From assembly GCF_006345805.1 (NCBI RefSeq), contig NW_021832004.1:1-64000 (forward strand): a stretch of 64,000 nt of DNA, read 5' to 3'. The notes under the pieces were generated by a model. It searched no databases, was not told the origin of the DNA, and saw only the letters and a list, made by a program, of their open reading frames with translations. Origin of the DNA: Octopus sinensis (lineage: Eukaryota). Numbering within the stretch: position 1 is the stretch's first letter; each line of letters opens with the position of its first letter. This document shows, piece by piece, positions 13,023 through 27,084 of this stretch. A program made the translations under genes and the position numbers.

Positions 13023-13494
13023 TATATATCAAAGTTTTACCACAATAGAGGGAGGAAAAGAAATTGCATTACTTTTGATTATCCTTGTTGCTTATTTTGA
13101 TTTTAATCACCTTACTTTGAAATTGTATGGATAATAACCGTACTAAATTCTGGTCCCTCAACTTAAGTACCGTATTCATGTGAATCTAAATTTTACTGAA
13201 CTCATATATATATAAATTGTGTTCTTGTAGGGTCTCAGTCGTGATGGCTAAACTCTTAAAATTAAAAGCATATATTAATTATACAATAAAACATTTACAT
13301 ACAAATAATTTGAAGATAATTCCTCCTTAACATCCTGTCTGTTTCTAGGTAGAAATGGCTTTCAAGAACGAGATGTTACTTGTTTGAATTTATCCTCTTA
13401 ATGAAGTGTTTGTATCTATTCAATACACTTTATAAAGATACTCCGGGTGAAAAAGTATTGACTTAACGATTGAGATGGCATAAGATCACCAGAT

Positions 13495-13552
13495 GATACA
13501 CACACCACACACACCACATATATATTATATATATACATATAATATATATATA

Positions 13553-13595
<43 letters not shown>

Positions 13596-13695
13596 TATAT
13601 ATATAATATTATATATATATAGATATATACATATGTGTGGTTGTCTGTGTCTGTGTATGTGTGTGTGCTTTTGCATGTGTATGCGTATGCATGTT
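13495..13695. repeat. (CA)/(TA)/(TG)n microsatellite
   Basis: Seen directly in the sequence. Confidence 0.95.
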
Positions 13696-14989
13696 TATAC
13701 TACTACACAAAACCAACAACTTTATCAAAAAACGATTAAAGCAACCATTGATAAATTTCGTATCTAAAGACTTTGCCGTTTTTCATTCTTTTAAAAATTC
13801 CAATAATTCTTAAATGTGACATTTCCCGCTGTGAGTTGAAACTAAAGGGTCGCACTCATTTATAAAGTATACTTCCACTTGTGTTATAAAAACGATGACA
13901 GCTATTTCATGCCAACTCATATCGCACAATATCAGCTGTTTTAAGATCATCAAAAAATGCGAGCTCCTTCAACATGTAACAATTACAACCTCAGATAAAA
14001 TATTTCTTCTTGCTTTGGACTTGGAAATTAAAGTCTTGACATAATTCTCTCTTCTCATCTCTCGTGTACTTTCCAAACAGTCATCCCTTTGTCACACATA
14101 TAATGATAAGGAATCAATATGCAACCGGCGTCTTGTATTTCTGTATCATTTACTAAGGACAAACCATGATGGTAGAGGCGTGTTACGACGGGCAGCTCTT
14201 CTCTCTCTCTAACGCTTCTTTCTCATTACTTTCTCTGTAAAAGACAGATTCTTGCTGTTGCACTGGCAGCGAGTATAATAGCATGGAGTCTGTTATATAT
14301 TTTCATCATGTACAACTTCAACGTCCATCTTCCTTTTACTTATATTAAATTTAATGTTTTTGTAGCCTTTATAAAGTTACTTGAATATGTATTTCATTGA
14401 CTTGGTAGTCGGACATATTTGCATATTTACATGCGCTTTGAAAGTACGACATTGGTCCTTTCTATTGGGGACTACACACCTATTATTAACTTTATAAACT
14501 TGTATTGTCCCACCTGGCGTCACCTGTAGCATGGATAACCATTGTCATTGGCTCATGTTTCTTCAAGAAATTCGCTAGGAATCTTCTTTGACAGTGTCCG
14601 TTCACCATGCAAACATCCTCTCAGGTGTCTTTCACTCTCAGGTCCATGCTTCATGCGTGTTGTTTTAGAATATCATGAAACAAATGCTCAGTTTCTACGA
14701 CAGAAACTTCGCTGCTGCAAACAATTTGATCTATTTGCAACGAGTCCTCTGCATGTAATATTATTTTATGTCCTTGTGTTCGATATATAATTTAACAACT
14801 TCTCCCTACTATTACTATTACCTGAGATTCAACGCTCTCAATCACGGCTCACAGTGAACTGCTTACCAACTTGAACTGCCAATCGGTACACTCAATTAAG
14901 GACGTAATAATCTAATTTTTTCGAGTACATACTTTACGTGCTCTACGTGTTCATATCTGGATTCGTTTTTTTAATGACTATATTATCCA

Positions 14990-15420
14990 GATATGGAATT
15001 GCAAATTCACAGTCTGCTAATATTGCATCCAAAATATGTTGAAAATCGCTGGTGCGACTTTTAAGCCAAATTGTAACCTGTTGTATTTATACAGTCTTTC
15101 CTGTGTGTTAATTGTTATGCATTTAGAGCATTCATCGTTTACTCTAATTTGTAGGTACGCGTCAGAGAGATCCAATTTAGAAAAATCTTGACACCGTTTA
15201 ATTTCGCAAAAATATCCTCTGTAGAAAGTAACGGATTGTGGCACGTTTTAAAACATTCGTTTAAAACAGTGCAAAATCAGCACACACCTTGATTTTATTA
15301 TTCGTTTTCTTTTGTCGCGAAAGAGAATTCTAAATAAAATGAATGTGGACACACACACACACACACACACACAGAGGCGCACACACACACACACACACCA
15401 CACACACACCACACACGCAC

Positions 15421-15452
<32 letters not shown>

Positions 15453-16210
15453 CACACACACACACACAACACACACACATCTAATGACCGTGAGGAATAT
15501 TATTCTTTTTCTGTTGCTGTATCAGTCAGATAGATTCCTATTAAGCTGACGTGATTTTAGAACTTATAAAGAAATCAATAGGGGATCCGAACGAAGGGAC
15601 ACTATAAGCAGAGTAGCAAAGGATGTTCAGCATTCTAACACATTGGTAATCAACGGTAAATGATGATATCAGCAATTAAACAATTTCACGATCTCTTGCA
15701 CACTCTCAGAAATTAACAAGGTTAATTACAAAGTAGAAATCTTACTATAAGAATTTGAAATTAAAACTACAAAATGTTCACTTTACGCGATGATTCAAGT
15801 AATATACAACTTATTTGGACGTGGATAAAGTTTGGAGAAGAATTATGAAAATACATTTGATATGATGATTAAGTGGATCTCCGTTGATTTCGACGATGAA
15901 TTCGATCCTCAGGACAACTTACTCATTGAATTAGTGTACAAGTCGCTGAACATTCTATTGATAGGTGTACATTTAACGTAATTCTCAGATAGAACCAGAC
16001 TGAGACAATGCGACACGGTTTCACCTTTAAATTACAATGTTATCAACTGGATGGGATTCTACACAGTTTCTCCGGAATTTCCCTACAAAGCTTTGGTCGA
16101 CTCGAGTCTGTTGAGCGCTGGGCCACTTACACATTAATTTCAGGAGTAGGCTGTTCTTTTGATTGGATCAACTGGAACCCTCGTCGTCCGTAACCGACGG
16201 AGTGGCGTAG
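14990..16210 (-). mobile_element. Ty3/Gypsy LTR-retrotransposon remnant (RT fragment 15,017-15,244), split by (CA)n
   Basis: FSKLDLSDAYLQIRV...TINT...LYKYNRLQFGLKVAPAIF is a Gypsy RT signature. Gag/protease-like traces further upstream are weak. Confidence 0.6.
15349..15480. repeat. (CA)n microsatellite
   Basis: Seen directly in the sequence. Confidence 0.97.
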
Positions 16211-16214
16211 TAAG

Positions 16215-16264
<50 letters not shown>

Positions 16265-17429
16265 CATCAAGGTGTGTAAACATCGAATTCTATAACCAAG
16301 CAGTGATAATGTAGAAAAGTTTAGACAGCTATTGTTGTTGTGTTAGCTATTAGTTCGTCCGTCGTTGTCGACGATGACTAATGAGATCAGATGGCAGAAA
16401 GAGACAAGTTATGGTGTGTCTAGTTGCGATCCATTAGTCTGATGCGTGTCCAGAAGGCTCTGCCGCAAAAAGCGAGGCACCGGTGATCTGCGGGGGACTG
16501 AAGGAAAGCAGTTGTTGCTCAGGACTTGCGTAGTTTGCGTTTTCTTTCTGACCATGGAAAACTGTTTTGTTCTCAGGAGGTGGCACCGTTGTTGGAGCGG
16601 AACCATATGTGAGAAAGGCGGACGGATTACTCCGAACAGCACCACATGTTCCCTGTCAGAGCTATCACATCACCCAGATACCCGATGCACCACATCCTTA
16701 TTGTAGAGTGAGTAGAGAGATGCAATAATACACGTGAACTGTATTGTCACCCTCCAATAATTCTACAGCTTCTACCCTTGAACTTTGAAATCTCTACACA
16801 AAACCTACGACAACTGATCGCACATTATTATCAATCCCACCTCTCCCACTCATCTCCCAACTTTCCATTTCTACTACCCCCCCAACTCAATACTCTCATT
16901 ATTAACCCACTTCCTCTCACCATTTCCTGTCTTAATATTTCTCATAACCCCACCGACCCTCCTACTTCCTTTCTTCATTACGGATTGTTCTCCACATTTA
17001 ATCATTCCATCTTTGAATTTCTCTGCATTATCATCTGAAATGTAAGATCTTCTCTACCCTAACGACGGAGGTTCGAGTTGTCCAATGTTGATTGTTTCCA
17101 TTACGGCCGCATTTTGTCATGAAGTAAATCTGTCGACATTGTGATGGAACTTCGAGCCCCCAGAAACAACCCTTGAACTTTATATACATATTTCATAACC
17201 AATCTGTTATATTCAATATAAAATTGTTTATCTGCATAATTGACTCTCTCTCTCTCTCCTCTATATCCTCTCTCTCCTTTTTCTCTCTCTGCATGTTTCT
17301 CTCCCTCTATCTCTCTTTTTATATGTATATTTGTGTGTGTCTGCGTGTGTGCGTGTGTGCGTGCATGTGTGTGTGTGTCTGCGTGTGTGCGTGCACGTGT
17401 GTGTGAGAGTGTGTATGTGTGTTTGTCTC

Positions 17430-17600
17430 CAACCACCGCTTGACAACCGCTGTTGGTGTGTTTGCATCCCAGTAACCTAGCGGTTCGATAAAACAGACAG
17501 ATATAAAAGAGTACCAGGCTTAAAGGAAATACCGTGTTCAGTGCACTTAACCGGAAATTCTTCAAGGCGATGCCCCAGCTTGGTCGCAGTCTAAAGATGG
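17430..17600 (+). mobile_element. SINE 3' portion (second family)
   Basis: The sequence 'cgcttgacaaccg...ggcgatgccccagc.tggtcgcagtc' matches the SINE at 33,664-34,035. Confidence 0.7.
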
Positions 17601-17640
17601 AATAGATAAATAATTTGAATCAGAATGAAATTTCTAAAAG

Positions 17641-17830
17641 AAAGGCGGCCAGCTGGCAGAATAATTTGGACATCGGTGAAAATGGTGAGTGGCATTTCGT
17701 CTGTCATTACGCTCTGAGTTCATATTCCGTCTATCTCGACTTTGCCTTTCATTTCTCCGGGGGTCGATAAAAGAAGCGCCAACTGAGCAATGGGGCTCGT
17801 TGTAATTGACATACCCCTCCCCCGAAATTG
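17641..17830 (+). mobile_element. Diverged monomeric SINE (same head as the arrays)
   Basis: Reads 'aaggcggccagctggcagaa...ctgagttcatattcc...cgactttgcctttcat'. Confidence 0.7.
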
Positions 17831-18234
17831 CTAGCCTTCTGCTAAAATTTCAGAAAAACAACAAAACTATAATATGTTGTATTTATAATATTTGTTGCAA
17901 AGAGGTAAGAACGTTATAAATGTATGTATATCTATGTATAAATACAAATGTGAATGTTATAGACGTATCAGTGTGGTGGTAAATTCGTTGTGGCTACGAT
18001 CGTTGTTATTGTTCAACACTGTCCGTTCATGAATGAACTGGCATCTGATACAAGGGCTTCTCCTTCTCACCATCTTCTTGCCTTTTATTTGCCTTTAAGG
18101 AATGAATGACTACATTATTTAATCTGCACCCTATACTGTCGGATCGGTCAAACCTCTGGCAAAATGGTTTGAGTATCGCACAAAAATGCTATGCCCTAAT
18201 TCCTTACGGCTCTTAGTTGCGGATCTTATTTACC

Positions 18235-18352
18235 ACTCTTTGTTATTGTCCTTCGTTACGGCCTTTAGTTACCGTCCCTTGTTATAGTCCGTTGTTATGG
18301 CCCTTAGTTATCACCCTATGATGTAGTCCTTCGTTACGGCCTTTCGTTACAG
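18235..18352. repeat. Degenerate 13-bp minisatellite (~9 units, consensus near YCCTTMGTTAYRG)
   Basis: Units read tccttcgttacgg/cctttagttaccg/tcccttgttatag/tccgttgttatgg/cccttagttatca and so on. Confidence 0.7.
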
Positions 18353-18644
18353 TTTGTACTGAAATCGCGATGAGGTCAATCCTCCCGGAATCAACAAAGA
18401 TAAATATCAGTCAATGGATTTGTAGGAAATGCGAATGAAATTGCAGTCGAAGAATAAGAAGTGTAGCTCCTGCAATGATTGGTAGATCGATTTTATTCAT
18501 TTTGTATCGATAAAACTTATATACCACATTTGAAAGGGATCACAAACATTAGTGTGCAACTGGTTTGATGTTGCGCATTTTTGTAGTCCTGAATAAATGA
18601 TTTGTGCAGTGGCTTTCTACTCCCTTTTAACTGTTTGTGGATCT

Positions 18645-18880
18645 TTGTATGTATGTATGTATGTATGTATGTATGTATGTATGTTGTATGTATGTATGTA
18701 TGTATGTATGTATGTAGATGTATGTATGTATTATGTATATAGTATGATGTATGTATGTATGTATGTATGTATGTAAGTATGTATGTCTGATGTATGTATG
18801 TATGCATGTAAAGATGCATGTACGAAGGAGTAGTTATGTGTGGGATGTATGTACATTTATATACATTTATATATACACAC
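18645..18880. repeat. (TATG)n microsatellite
   Basis: Seen directly in the sequence. Confidence 0.95.
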
Positions 18881-20389
18881 CCGTTTAATTTAACCATCCT
18901 CGGTTTTGCTTTCACTACAATTCATTGAGTTAGAAAATATCTTGAGTTTGATTAGAAAATGTGATTAAAATTTAGGTCCGCTTTGGTTCAATACTATTTC
19001 TTGGTTTAATCTTAACATCTCCAGCTGTCTCTTGCCTATTTGATTCATTTATATTTCTTATATATAGTTTTATATACTTTCGAAAGCTATTCATTTCTTA
19101 TTATATCTACTATAATTACTTTACTCTCTCTCTCTCTCTCCTCATTCCTTCCTGTTTTTTTTTTTATAACATTAAGGACGGTGAATTCCCTGAACTGAAC
19201 TTAAATCTAGCACATTTATTTATATGATACAACATATTCTTTATTTTTACTCTTCATACCGAGCTAATTTTACCTAGCCCCGGTCTACCATTCAGTATAT
19301 TTATAATGTGAAAATCTTGTATGTATATGCAGAGTCGAATCGTTGATGTAACCATGCTGTTCTGGTTATCTGATGAGCTGGCTTCCTCCTTTTGCCTTGA
19401 TTTGTGAATATACAGCTGAATTGTAAAATGCGTAGCATATATATTGATGCAGGCATGTAAACATACTTTTTTATACACTGACATTTTTGTTACATAAAGA
19501 CGGCTGCGAAACGGCCGTAATACAAAGTGGGATAAAGGGTTAAAGAAATATGTTCACCTCTCATACATACTGACTTTTTTTGGTTTATAAACGCCGCATG
19601 AACTAATTTCATCGATCGGATCTCCCTTCACCATATTAAAGCGGAGGGACATGTGAAGAGACTAGCGTTACGAAACCAAAGTGTATGGACCACACGAGAG
19701 AGAAAGCTATTGTAAAGTTTATGTTACGAAGCTATATCACAGGCAAGAGAACATTTCGACAACAAAGAAGTCATTTATCTGAGAATGTTCCCAGCAGAAT
19801 AACTAAGTTATAACATGCTTGCTTGCACACAGAAAAAATGCAACAGAATTATGCGATGACAAACAACCCTCAATTAAGACCCGTTGTTTCTTCCAAGGAA
19901 GGCAAGAAAAGGCCTGGTGGAAGCATAACTTTAGTAGGGCGCGGAAAATTTTGTGCAAATGGTTGAAAGGGAGATTTAGAGAAAATATTCGTTTTCTCTT
20001 TTTTCAAGCATCATTGCAATGATGTATGTTTGCGTGGTCCAACTTGATTAAATCTAAGTACTTGTTGAATTGACTGTGCCATAGAGAAGGAATCCGGAGT
20101 GGAAATATGAAAGAAAGTGACTGAAATATGACGAAGTTCGAAGGTTGTATCAGGCACGAGAATAGCAGCATACATTGCTTCGAGTAGAGGTGGAAGATGT
20201 CTCGATTTTTAACTGAATTGATCAAGGCTGAGCGGGCTGTCAAAGCAAGCAACAAGATCCGTCAAAACATGTTTGGGATTGAACAATAAAAATGATCAAT
20301 CGCTGAAAATATTTTCTGACTCAGTGAATTTTAATGAAAGCAAAGTCGAGGATGGTTAAATGTATACGTGTGTGTATGTATAGGTGTAT

Positions 20390-20650
20390 ATAAATATACA
20401 TACATCCACACACTTAACTATTCGTTCATACATGCATCCTTGGATACATACATGCATGCATACATACATACATCATACTTACATCATACATACATACATA
20501 CATTCATACATGCATGCATGCATGCATACATACATACATACATACATACATACATACATACATACATACATACTACATCATACATACATGCATACATACA
20601 TACGTATGTACATACATACATGCATGCATACATACATATATATACACACT
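20390..20650. repeat. (CATA)n microsatellite
   Basis: Seen directly in the sequence. Confidence 0.95.
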
Positions 20651-20739
20651 GTACCTCATCTCTTTCTTCCATCTGAATATTTCAAAAATTGTTTCATCTC
20701 TTCCGAACACGCTGCTATTTAGAAGTTGCTGTACAGAGA

Positions 20740-20950
20740 TAAACTGAGTTCCATTCTTCTGTTTTATTATTCTTTTACTTGTTTCATTCATTAGATTGCA
20801 GCCATGCTGGAGCACCGCCTTGAGGAATTTTCGCCGAACTGACTACAGTACTGATCTTGAAGCCTGAAACATATTCTATTGGACTGTTTTGTCGAATCGC
20901 TAAGTTACTAGGTCAATCGCTAGTGGGAGACAACCACAGACACAAAGGCA
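20740..20950 (-). mobile_element. SINE 3' fragment (second family)
   Basis: Reverse complement of the 'ggcggtgctccagcatggctgcaatc' tail. Confidence 0.6.
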
Positions 20951-21540
20951 CACACACACAAACACACATTCTATTAAATAAACTGGACATGGGGATCATT
21001 GTATTCTTTCTTTCTCGAGATTCTCAGCCAAACGGCTGGGTGGATTCGCGTATTATAAGACTCTATTAGTACTGTATCTGTCAAGCACGCAGTGACCGAC
21101 AATAGAATGCTATAGTCGAGTCTACTGGGTGTATGACAATATATGCTTAGGATGCGAATGAACGTGTAAGGGTCCCGTGGCCGTTTGCGTGGTGATCGCG
21201 TCTTATCGGTTAATTTTTAATTCAATCAACCAATGAGCGATAGTTTGGCATGCAGCTATCTTCGAGAATTTTTTTCTTACTCATTTTCGCCTTCTCGCTT
21301 TGCATGGTACGTCGTTTTAAATTTTGCTCATGATTTTCTAAAAATTAATATTATTGATAATTTTTAAAATGGATTTCTTTATAGTACAGCTTATAATATA
21401 CGAGCTACTGTTCAGTATCTCTCCATATGATAATAAACAAATAATATTGTAACAGTTACACTATTCAATTGGTCGGCGTTTGGATGTCACTTTATTAGAG
21501 GTTGCCACACCATTAGGAGAAATACGGTGCATATATAGAA

Positions 21541-21901
21541 TACTAATAATATCGCCTGACGTTGCTCGGATTTGTTTCAACCCTTTAGAATTGGAATATA
21601 GCTTGTTATTCTCTTTAAGTGAAAATTTTTCTGCTTGAAATACACCGAAAATGGCGACACAGCAGCCAAAACTCGTAAAAAATAGGGATTTTCATAGAAA
21701 AAAAGCACCTTTTTATGTAAATAATTTTTGGTCTTAACATGGTCTGATTTGAAATTTTCTTCTACGGAAGGAAGAACAAGCCTTCTTCTATCTTACTCTC
21801 AATTTTGGTCAACTTGCGCCTCAGGGTCTCGGAGGAGATAGTGTTAGTTGAAGGCTACCAAACCTGCCATACACAGACAACTTCAGCTTTATATATATAG
21901 A
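21541..21901 (+). mobile_element. Possible non-autonomous Helitron/HINE-like element
   Basis: Starts TACTA...CGCCTGACGTTGCTCGG and ends CTTTATATATATAGA, resembling HINE-type termini. This rests on pattern recall only. Confidence 0.4.
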
Positions 21902-22665
21902 ATATTACAAGCGTTGCCTTAGAAAGTACGAAACTAGAACTGAAAAATGCGAACGCTCAAAAGGCTTGCAGAATGTTATAATAAACCTTTAGAAAGTATA
22001 GGAGTAGCATTCTTACTCAAAAATATTGGAATCACTATATATTGTACATTCTGTGGCATCTTTTTATCACAAGAAATTTGTTTAGTTCATCGAAATTAAG
22101 TTATATTAAAAATTAATTAAGTTAGATTATCGTATATTCACTTTTAACAAAACTTTTGTGAACAAATACATCTTTAGGCGATAATTCAATCTACCAATGA
22201 TAATTTATATAAATTTACAAGTAATGAATCAAAAATATTTTAGTAGTAATTTGTTTAATTCGCATAACGATTCCATTAATATGTGTATCATAAGGCAAAT
22301 TCTCTTTGCATATAATTATTTTGGTTTATTACTTTCGCTGTTATATAGATTCACATGCAGTGTGAAATATGTTTTTATATACTTTGGTATCAAAGTATTC
22401 AAACGAATTTACTTATTTGAAGTTAAAGATCATAATTTGTACATTTCCAGATTTTTTTAATTTTATTAAGAACTCGGTTTAATAATTATCGTGACATCGT
22501 AAGTCACACATAAGTCCCTTTTCGTTTTAAAATGCCGTACAATGTACAATATATAGTGATTCCAATAATTTTGAGCAACAATGCTATTCCCATGCTTTTA
22601 AAGGTTTATCATAACATTCTGTAACCCTTTTGAACGAGCGAATTTTTCAATTTTAGTATATGAAT

Positions 22666-23276
22666 AAGGCGGCGAGCCGGCAGATTCGTTAGCACGCCAG
22701 GCGAAATGCGTAGCTGTATTTCGTCTGCCGTAACGTTCTGAGTTCAAATTCCGCCGAGGTCGACTTTGCCTTTCATCCTTTTGGGGTCGATTAAATAAGT
22801 ACTAGTCATGCACTGGGGTCAATATAATCGAATTAATCCATTTGCCTGTCCTTGTTTGTCCTCTCTGTGTTTAGCCCTTTGTGGGTAGTAAAGAAATAGG
22901 TATTTCGTCTGCCGTTACGCTCTGAGTTCAAATTCCGCTGAGGTCGACTTTGTCTTTCATCATTTCGGGGTCGATGAATCAAGTACCAGTTACGCACTGG
23001 GGTCGATATAATCGACTTAATCCGTCCGTTTGTCTGTCCTTGTCTGTCCTCTCTGTGTTTAGCCCCTTGTGGGTAGAAAAGAAATAGGTATTTCGTCTGC
23101 CGTTGGGTTCTGAGTTCAAATTCCGCCGAGGTCGACTTTACCTTTCATCCTTCCCTGGTCGATAAATTAAGTCCCAGTTGCGCACTGTGGCCGATATAAT
23201 GAACTGTTCCCCCCCCCCCCCCAACACCACCACCACAAAATTTTGGGCCTTGTTCCTAGAGTAGAAAAGGATTCTT
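22666..23276 (+). mobile_element. SINE head plus 3 bodies with two tail types, flanked by the 10-bp TSD GTATATGAAT
   Basis: Unit starts at 22,716, 22,900 and 23,088. The last unit ends in 'ccccc...aaaattttgggccttgttcctagagtagaaaagg'. TSD at 22,656-22,665 and 23,277-23,286. Confidence 0.85.
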
Positions 23277-24319
23277 GTATATGAATGTGTGTATGCACGA
23301 ATGTTTGTCTGTACCTAGAGTATGTATGCGTGACTGAAAAAATGAAAGCATCTGTTTCACTTCCGGTCAGGGAAACCCCATAAGATATTTGATTCAAGTT
23401 ATTAATCAGAAAGAGTTAAAAGAAACAATCAAATTCAATTTATCGCCTGCTAAAAATAATTTTATATTGAAGTATATTTAAATAGGAACAGAGGAGAAGG
23501 GAGCTGAATACGACGACTTTAATATTTTTGATAAAATCACCACCAATTGAGAACCGATTTTGGATAAATATCTTGGTCTTCCATAATAATTCCATTCAAA
23601 TTTCGGGCCCTCTAAATGAATATTAAAGTGAATTCGAGGAAGAATGAAATAGCAAATTTGATTTGAGTGGGATATGAACTTAAGATGGGAAGGATCGTAA
23701 CTAAATACTGGATGCGATTTTGTCTCTCACTTTATTGATTCTGCCTATCCTTGAACGAAATCGAACATCTTAAACTGAAACATGTTTGTAAGATGAAAAG
23801 GAAAAACCCTGCCTATTTGCATGTTAATAATTCATCGGCCGATCAATTTCATATTTTTGCATTCGTTCAATAGTTTAATGATTTCTAACTTTGAGCCAAG
23901 GACACGTATTTGTAGGGAAGGTGTCCAGAACATTAAAAAAATTCAAGCAAGCAACCCACAAGGACTCAAACCACAGGCTTGTTGACAAATAGTTCTCTGT
24001 CAAAATCCAAACAATGAGGTTTAGAAGGTAATAAGTGAATATAAACAGGTGCATACAGGCTACACTTACAAATAAAAACTATGATCACAAGAAATGGCTT
24101 CAAAATGTAAATAAATAAATACGAGTTTGAAACGTGACGACGCGATCGATAATGTTGTTTTTCGACACTTGGCGTTATCTGTATTATTCTGTTGTTTTAT
24201 ATCTAAGGGTGTAACTTAGGAACCAATTCGACATAATCTGTTAGAGATAGAATAAGGATATTTATATTGTTCAAAAGATAAAGTCAGACAATGAAATAGT
24301 TGATATTAATATGATATGG

Positions 24320-24374
<55 letters not shown>

Positions 24375-24422
24375 GTCAATCTACCTAAACACACATACAC
24401 ACAAACGTACATACATAAATAT

Positions 24423-24472
<50 letters not shown>
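24320..24472. repeat. (TCTA)n/(CA)/(TA)n microsatellite
   Basis: Seen directly in the sequence. Confidence 0.95.
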
Positions 24473-24474
<2 letters not shown>

Positions 24475-24599
24475 CAAAACAAAAGTATTTCAGGCTGCAA
24501 GTTCATCGGTGGAATTTAAATCTCATAAATCCAGTGATTGGTTCTCAGATAGATCAGCAGAATTTCATGATTTACTTTTAGAAAAACAAAACTTAGGCA

Positions 24600-26720
24600 A
24601 TACACTTCTTTCTCAGTCCTTGAAACCCAAGTCAAACGAAACTTACAGAAAGCTGAAAGGGGGGGGGTGCAGATTGCTCTGAGGGAAATTAAACAAGAAT
24701 GGTGGAATGATAGAGCAAAAGGAGCACAATAAGTAGCTGATAGAAATGATCCCAAGGGTTTGTACTCTTATGTTAAGGAGGTATATGACCCAAAATCTTC
24801 CTCAATAGCTCTAGTGAGAACAACAAAGGGACGTTTATTTTTGACTGAGACCGCTTCTATTCATAAGCGTTGGGTAGAACAATTTCTGTACTTTTGAATA
24901 GACCACCATCCGTTGACATGAGGGCGATAGAAAAAAATTGAACACCTTCCAGTTAGAGAAGAGATGGCATTTGAAACAATTCTAAATGACATTTATTTAG
25001 CTGTGAATAAGCTGAATAACAATAAGTCTCCAGAGTCTGATGGAATTTGTGCAGAAGTCTTGAGATATGGGGGGGGATGTTTGAACTCTTAAATATATTA
25101 ATTTGTCACTGTTGGAGAACTGAGAAAGTGCCTCAAGGCTGGATTGATGCCATTTTAGTCTCCTTGTATAAATCGGAACCAAAGGATCTGTGCGGTTATT
25201 TTCGTGGGATTTCGCTTTTGTCTGTGGTTGGAAAGTACTTGCCTGCATTTTGTTACAACCTTTATACCTTTATATTTCCTTTATATTTCCAAATATAGTG
25301 TCTGAGTCTCAGTGTGGTTTTCGTTCCTGCAGAGGCATAGCTGATTGTATCTTTATTGTCAGACAATTACAAGAAAAGAGCATTGAACAGAATCTTGCTC
25401 TATACCATTGCTTTATTCATTTGAGAAACGCATTCGATACTGATAATCGAAATGTTCTGAGGCTAATTCTAAAGAAAATATGTTGTCCAGAATAATTTGT
25501 AAACATTATCAGGGCTTTGCATCAAGATATGAAAGCTAGATATAATTTTGGTGGTAGGCTCTCTGAATCTTTTGCCGTGGAAAATGGAGTAAAGCATGGA
25601 GACCTTGATACACCCACCCTCTTTGTAATATACTTTGCTGTTGTGTTGTCACATGCTTTTCAAAACTCCGAGGAAAATATTTACATAAAATATCGAACCA
25701 CAGGAAATGTTTTTAATCTGACCAGACTGAAATCTAAAACGAAGGTTTTTTACTTCACCCATTAGGGAACTTTTCTTTGCTGATGATTGCGATCTTGTCT
25801 GTCATTCTGAATCAGGTCTGCAATCTCTTGTATCTGCATTTGACTCAGCTTGTGATGACTTTCGCTTGACCATCAACTTGAAACAAAACGGTCGTAATGC
25901 ATCAATCTGCGTGTGGTACTAACCCCACTAAAACTTTTGTTAAGGGTAAGTTACTTGAGGTTATCGATTCGTCCTTCTAACTTGGAAGCTCTGTTCAAAA
26001 TTCTGGAAACCTTGATACAAAAATACATCTGTGAATTCAAAGGGTATCAAAAGCATTTAGTGGCTTGGAGTCGCGCGTTTGGTGCCAGCGAAACATTAAA
26101 TGGAATTCTTTTACTCCAACGCAGATGTCCTTGCATCTGCAGGTATCATCTCAATTAAAGCTATGATTTTGAGGAACCAAATGAGATGGTGTGGCCATAT
26201 TGTTCGAATGGCAGATGAACGCATGCCGAAACAACTGTTTTATGGCGACCTTGCAGAGGGGAAATGCTATCGGTGTAAACGTAAAAAAAGGTTTAAGGAC
26301 GGCATAAGGATTACTATGAAGTCACTTGGAATGGTTCCAAAAGATATAGAAACCCTTGCTTTGGATCGAGCTGGATGGCGAACAAAAGTGTGGAGTGGAG
26401 TAAAATCATTTCAAGAGGCCAGGATAACGCAAGTAAGACTCAAAAGAGATCTAAGGAAGAATGTAATGATCGAGAAGGTGAATGACAATGACCTTTTTTG
26501 TGTGCACAATCTATTACAGACCATGCCTGTCTTTGGCTGGCATCAAATCTCATTTGTGAACCTATGGAAAACGAACCTCCACCAACTATTCTGCCTATAT
26601 GTCTGTGCACAACTTTGAATGCAGTGTATGCCAGATGGTTTGCAACTCCAACGGAGGCCTCAAAAGACATGATAAGACTCACAAATAGCAGAACTTATCT
26701 GTAGGTATTGGTGGTCCAAA
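24600..26720 (+). mobile_element. Decayed RTE-clade LINE
   Basis: Motifs KSPESDGICAEVL, FRGISLLSVVGK, ESQCGFRSCRG..DCIFIVRQLQEK and LRNQMRWCGHIVRMADERMPKQLFYG. Many stops and frameshifts. Confidence 0.85.
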
Positions 26721-26850
26721 TCAGAGGTGCAACCTATGTGGGTCTCTTTCAAGAACATTGTCTAGTTTAAAAAGCTACATCAGACGCCATGATGGTGCTA
26801 AGCTGTAGGTACAGGAGGTGGTCAAACTCTGTATAAGGAGTACACAACCA

Positions 26851-26886
<36 letters not shown>

Positions 26887-27084
26887 TTATACGATGGGCT
26901 TCTTTTACTTTCCTTCCACCAAATCCACTCACATGGTTTATTCACTCAATAAAAATGTTTGATATGAAACGATTTTAAATTTAATATATGAAACCAGTGT
27001 ATCTTGGATAAATATCCTTATAAGAGGTTTGAATATCCTCATTGTCACTATATAATATATATATATGCATACAACGGTTTTCTC

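Noticed and set aside
13750-14900. Possible coding exon or hAT-like remnant
   Set aside because: Stops occur in the frames I translated and I found no recognisable motif.
16260-17100. Possible Gypsy LTR or Penelope 3' remnant
   Set aside because: No second LTR and no diagnostic motif I could defend.
19525-20360. piggyBac-like end (AAGGG-TTAA) and mariner-like HTH remnant
   Set aside because: No matching second terminus was found and translations are too degraded to assign.
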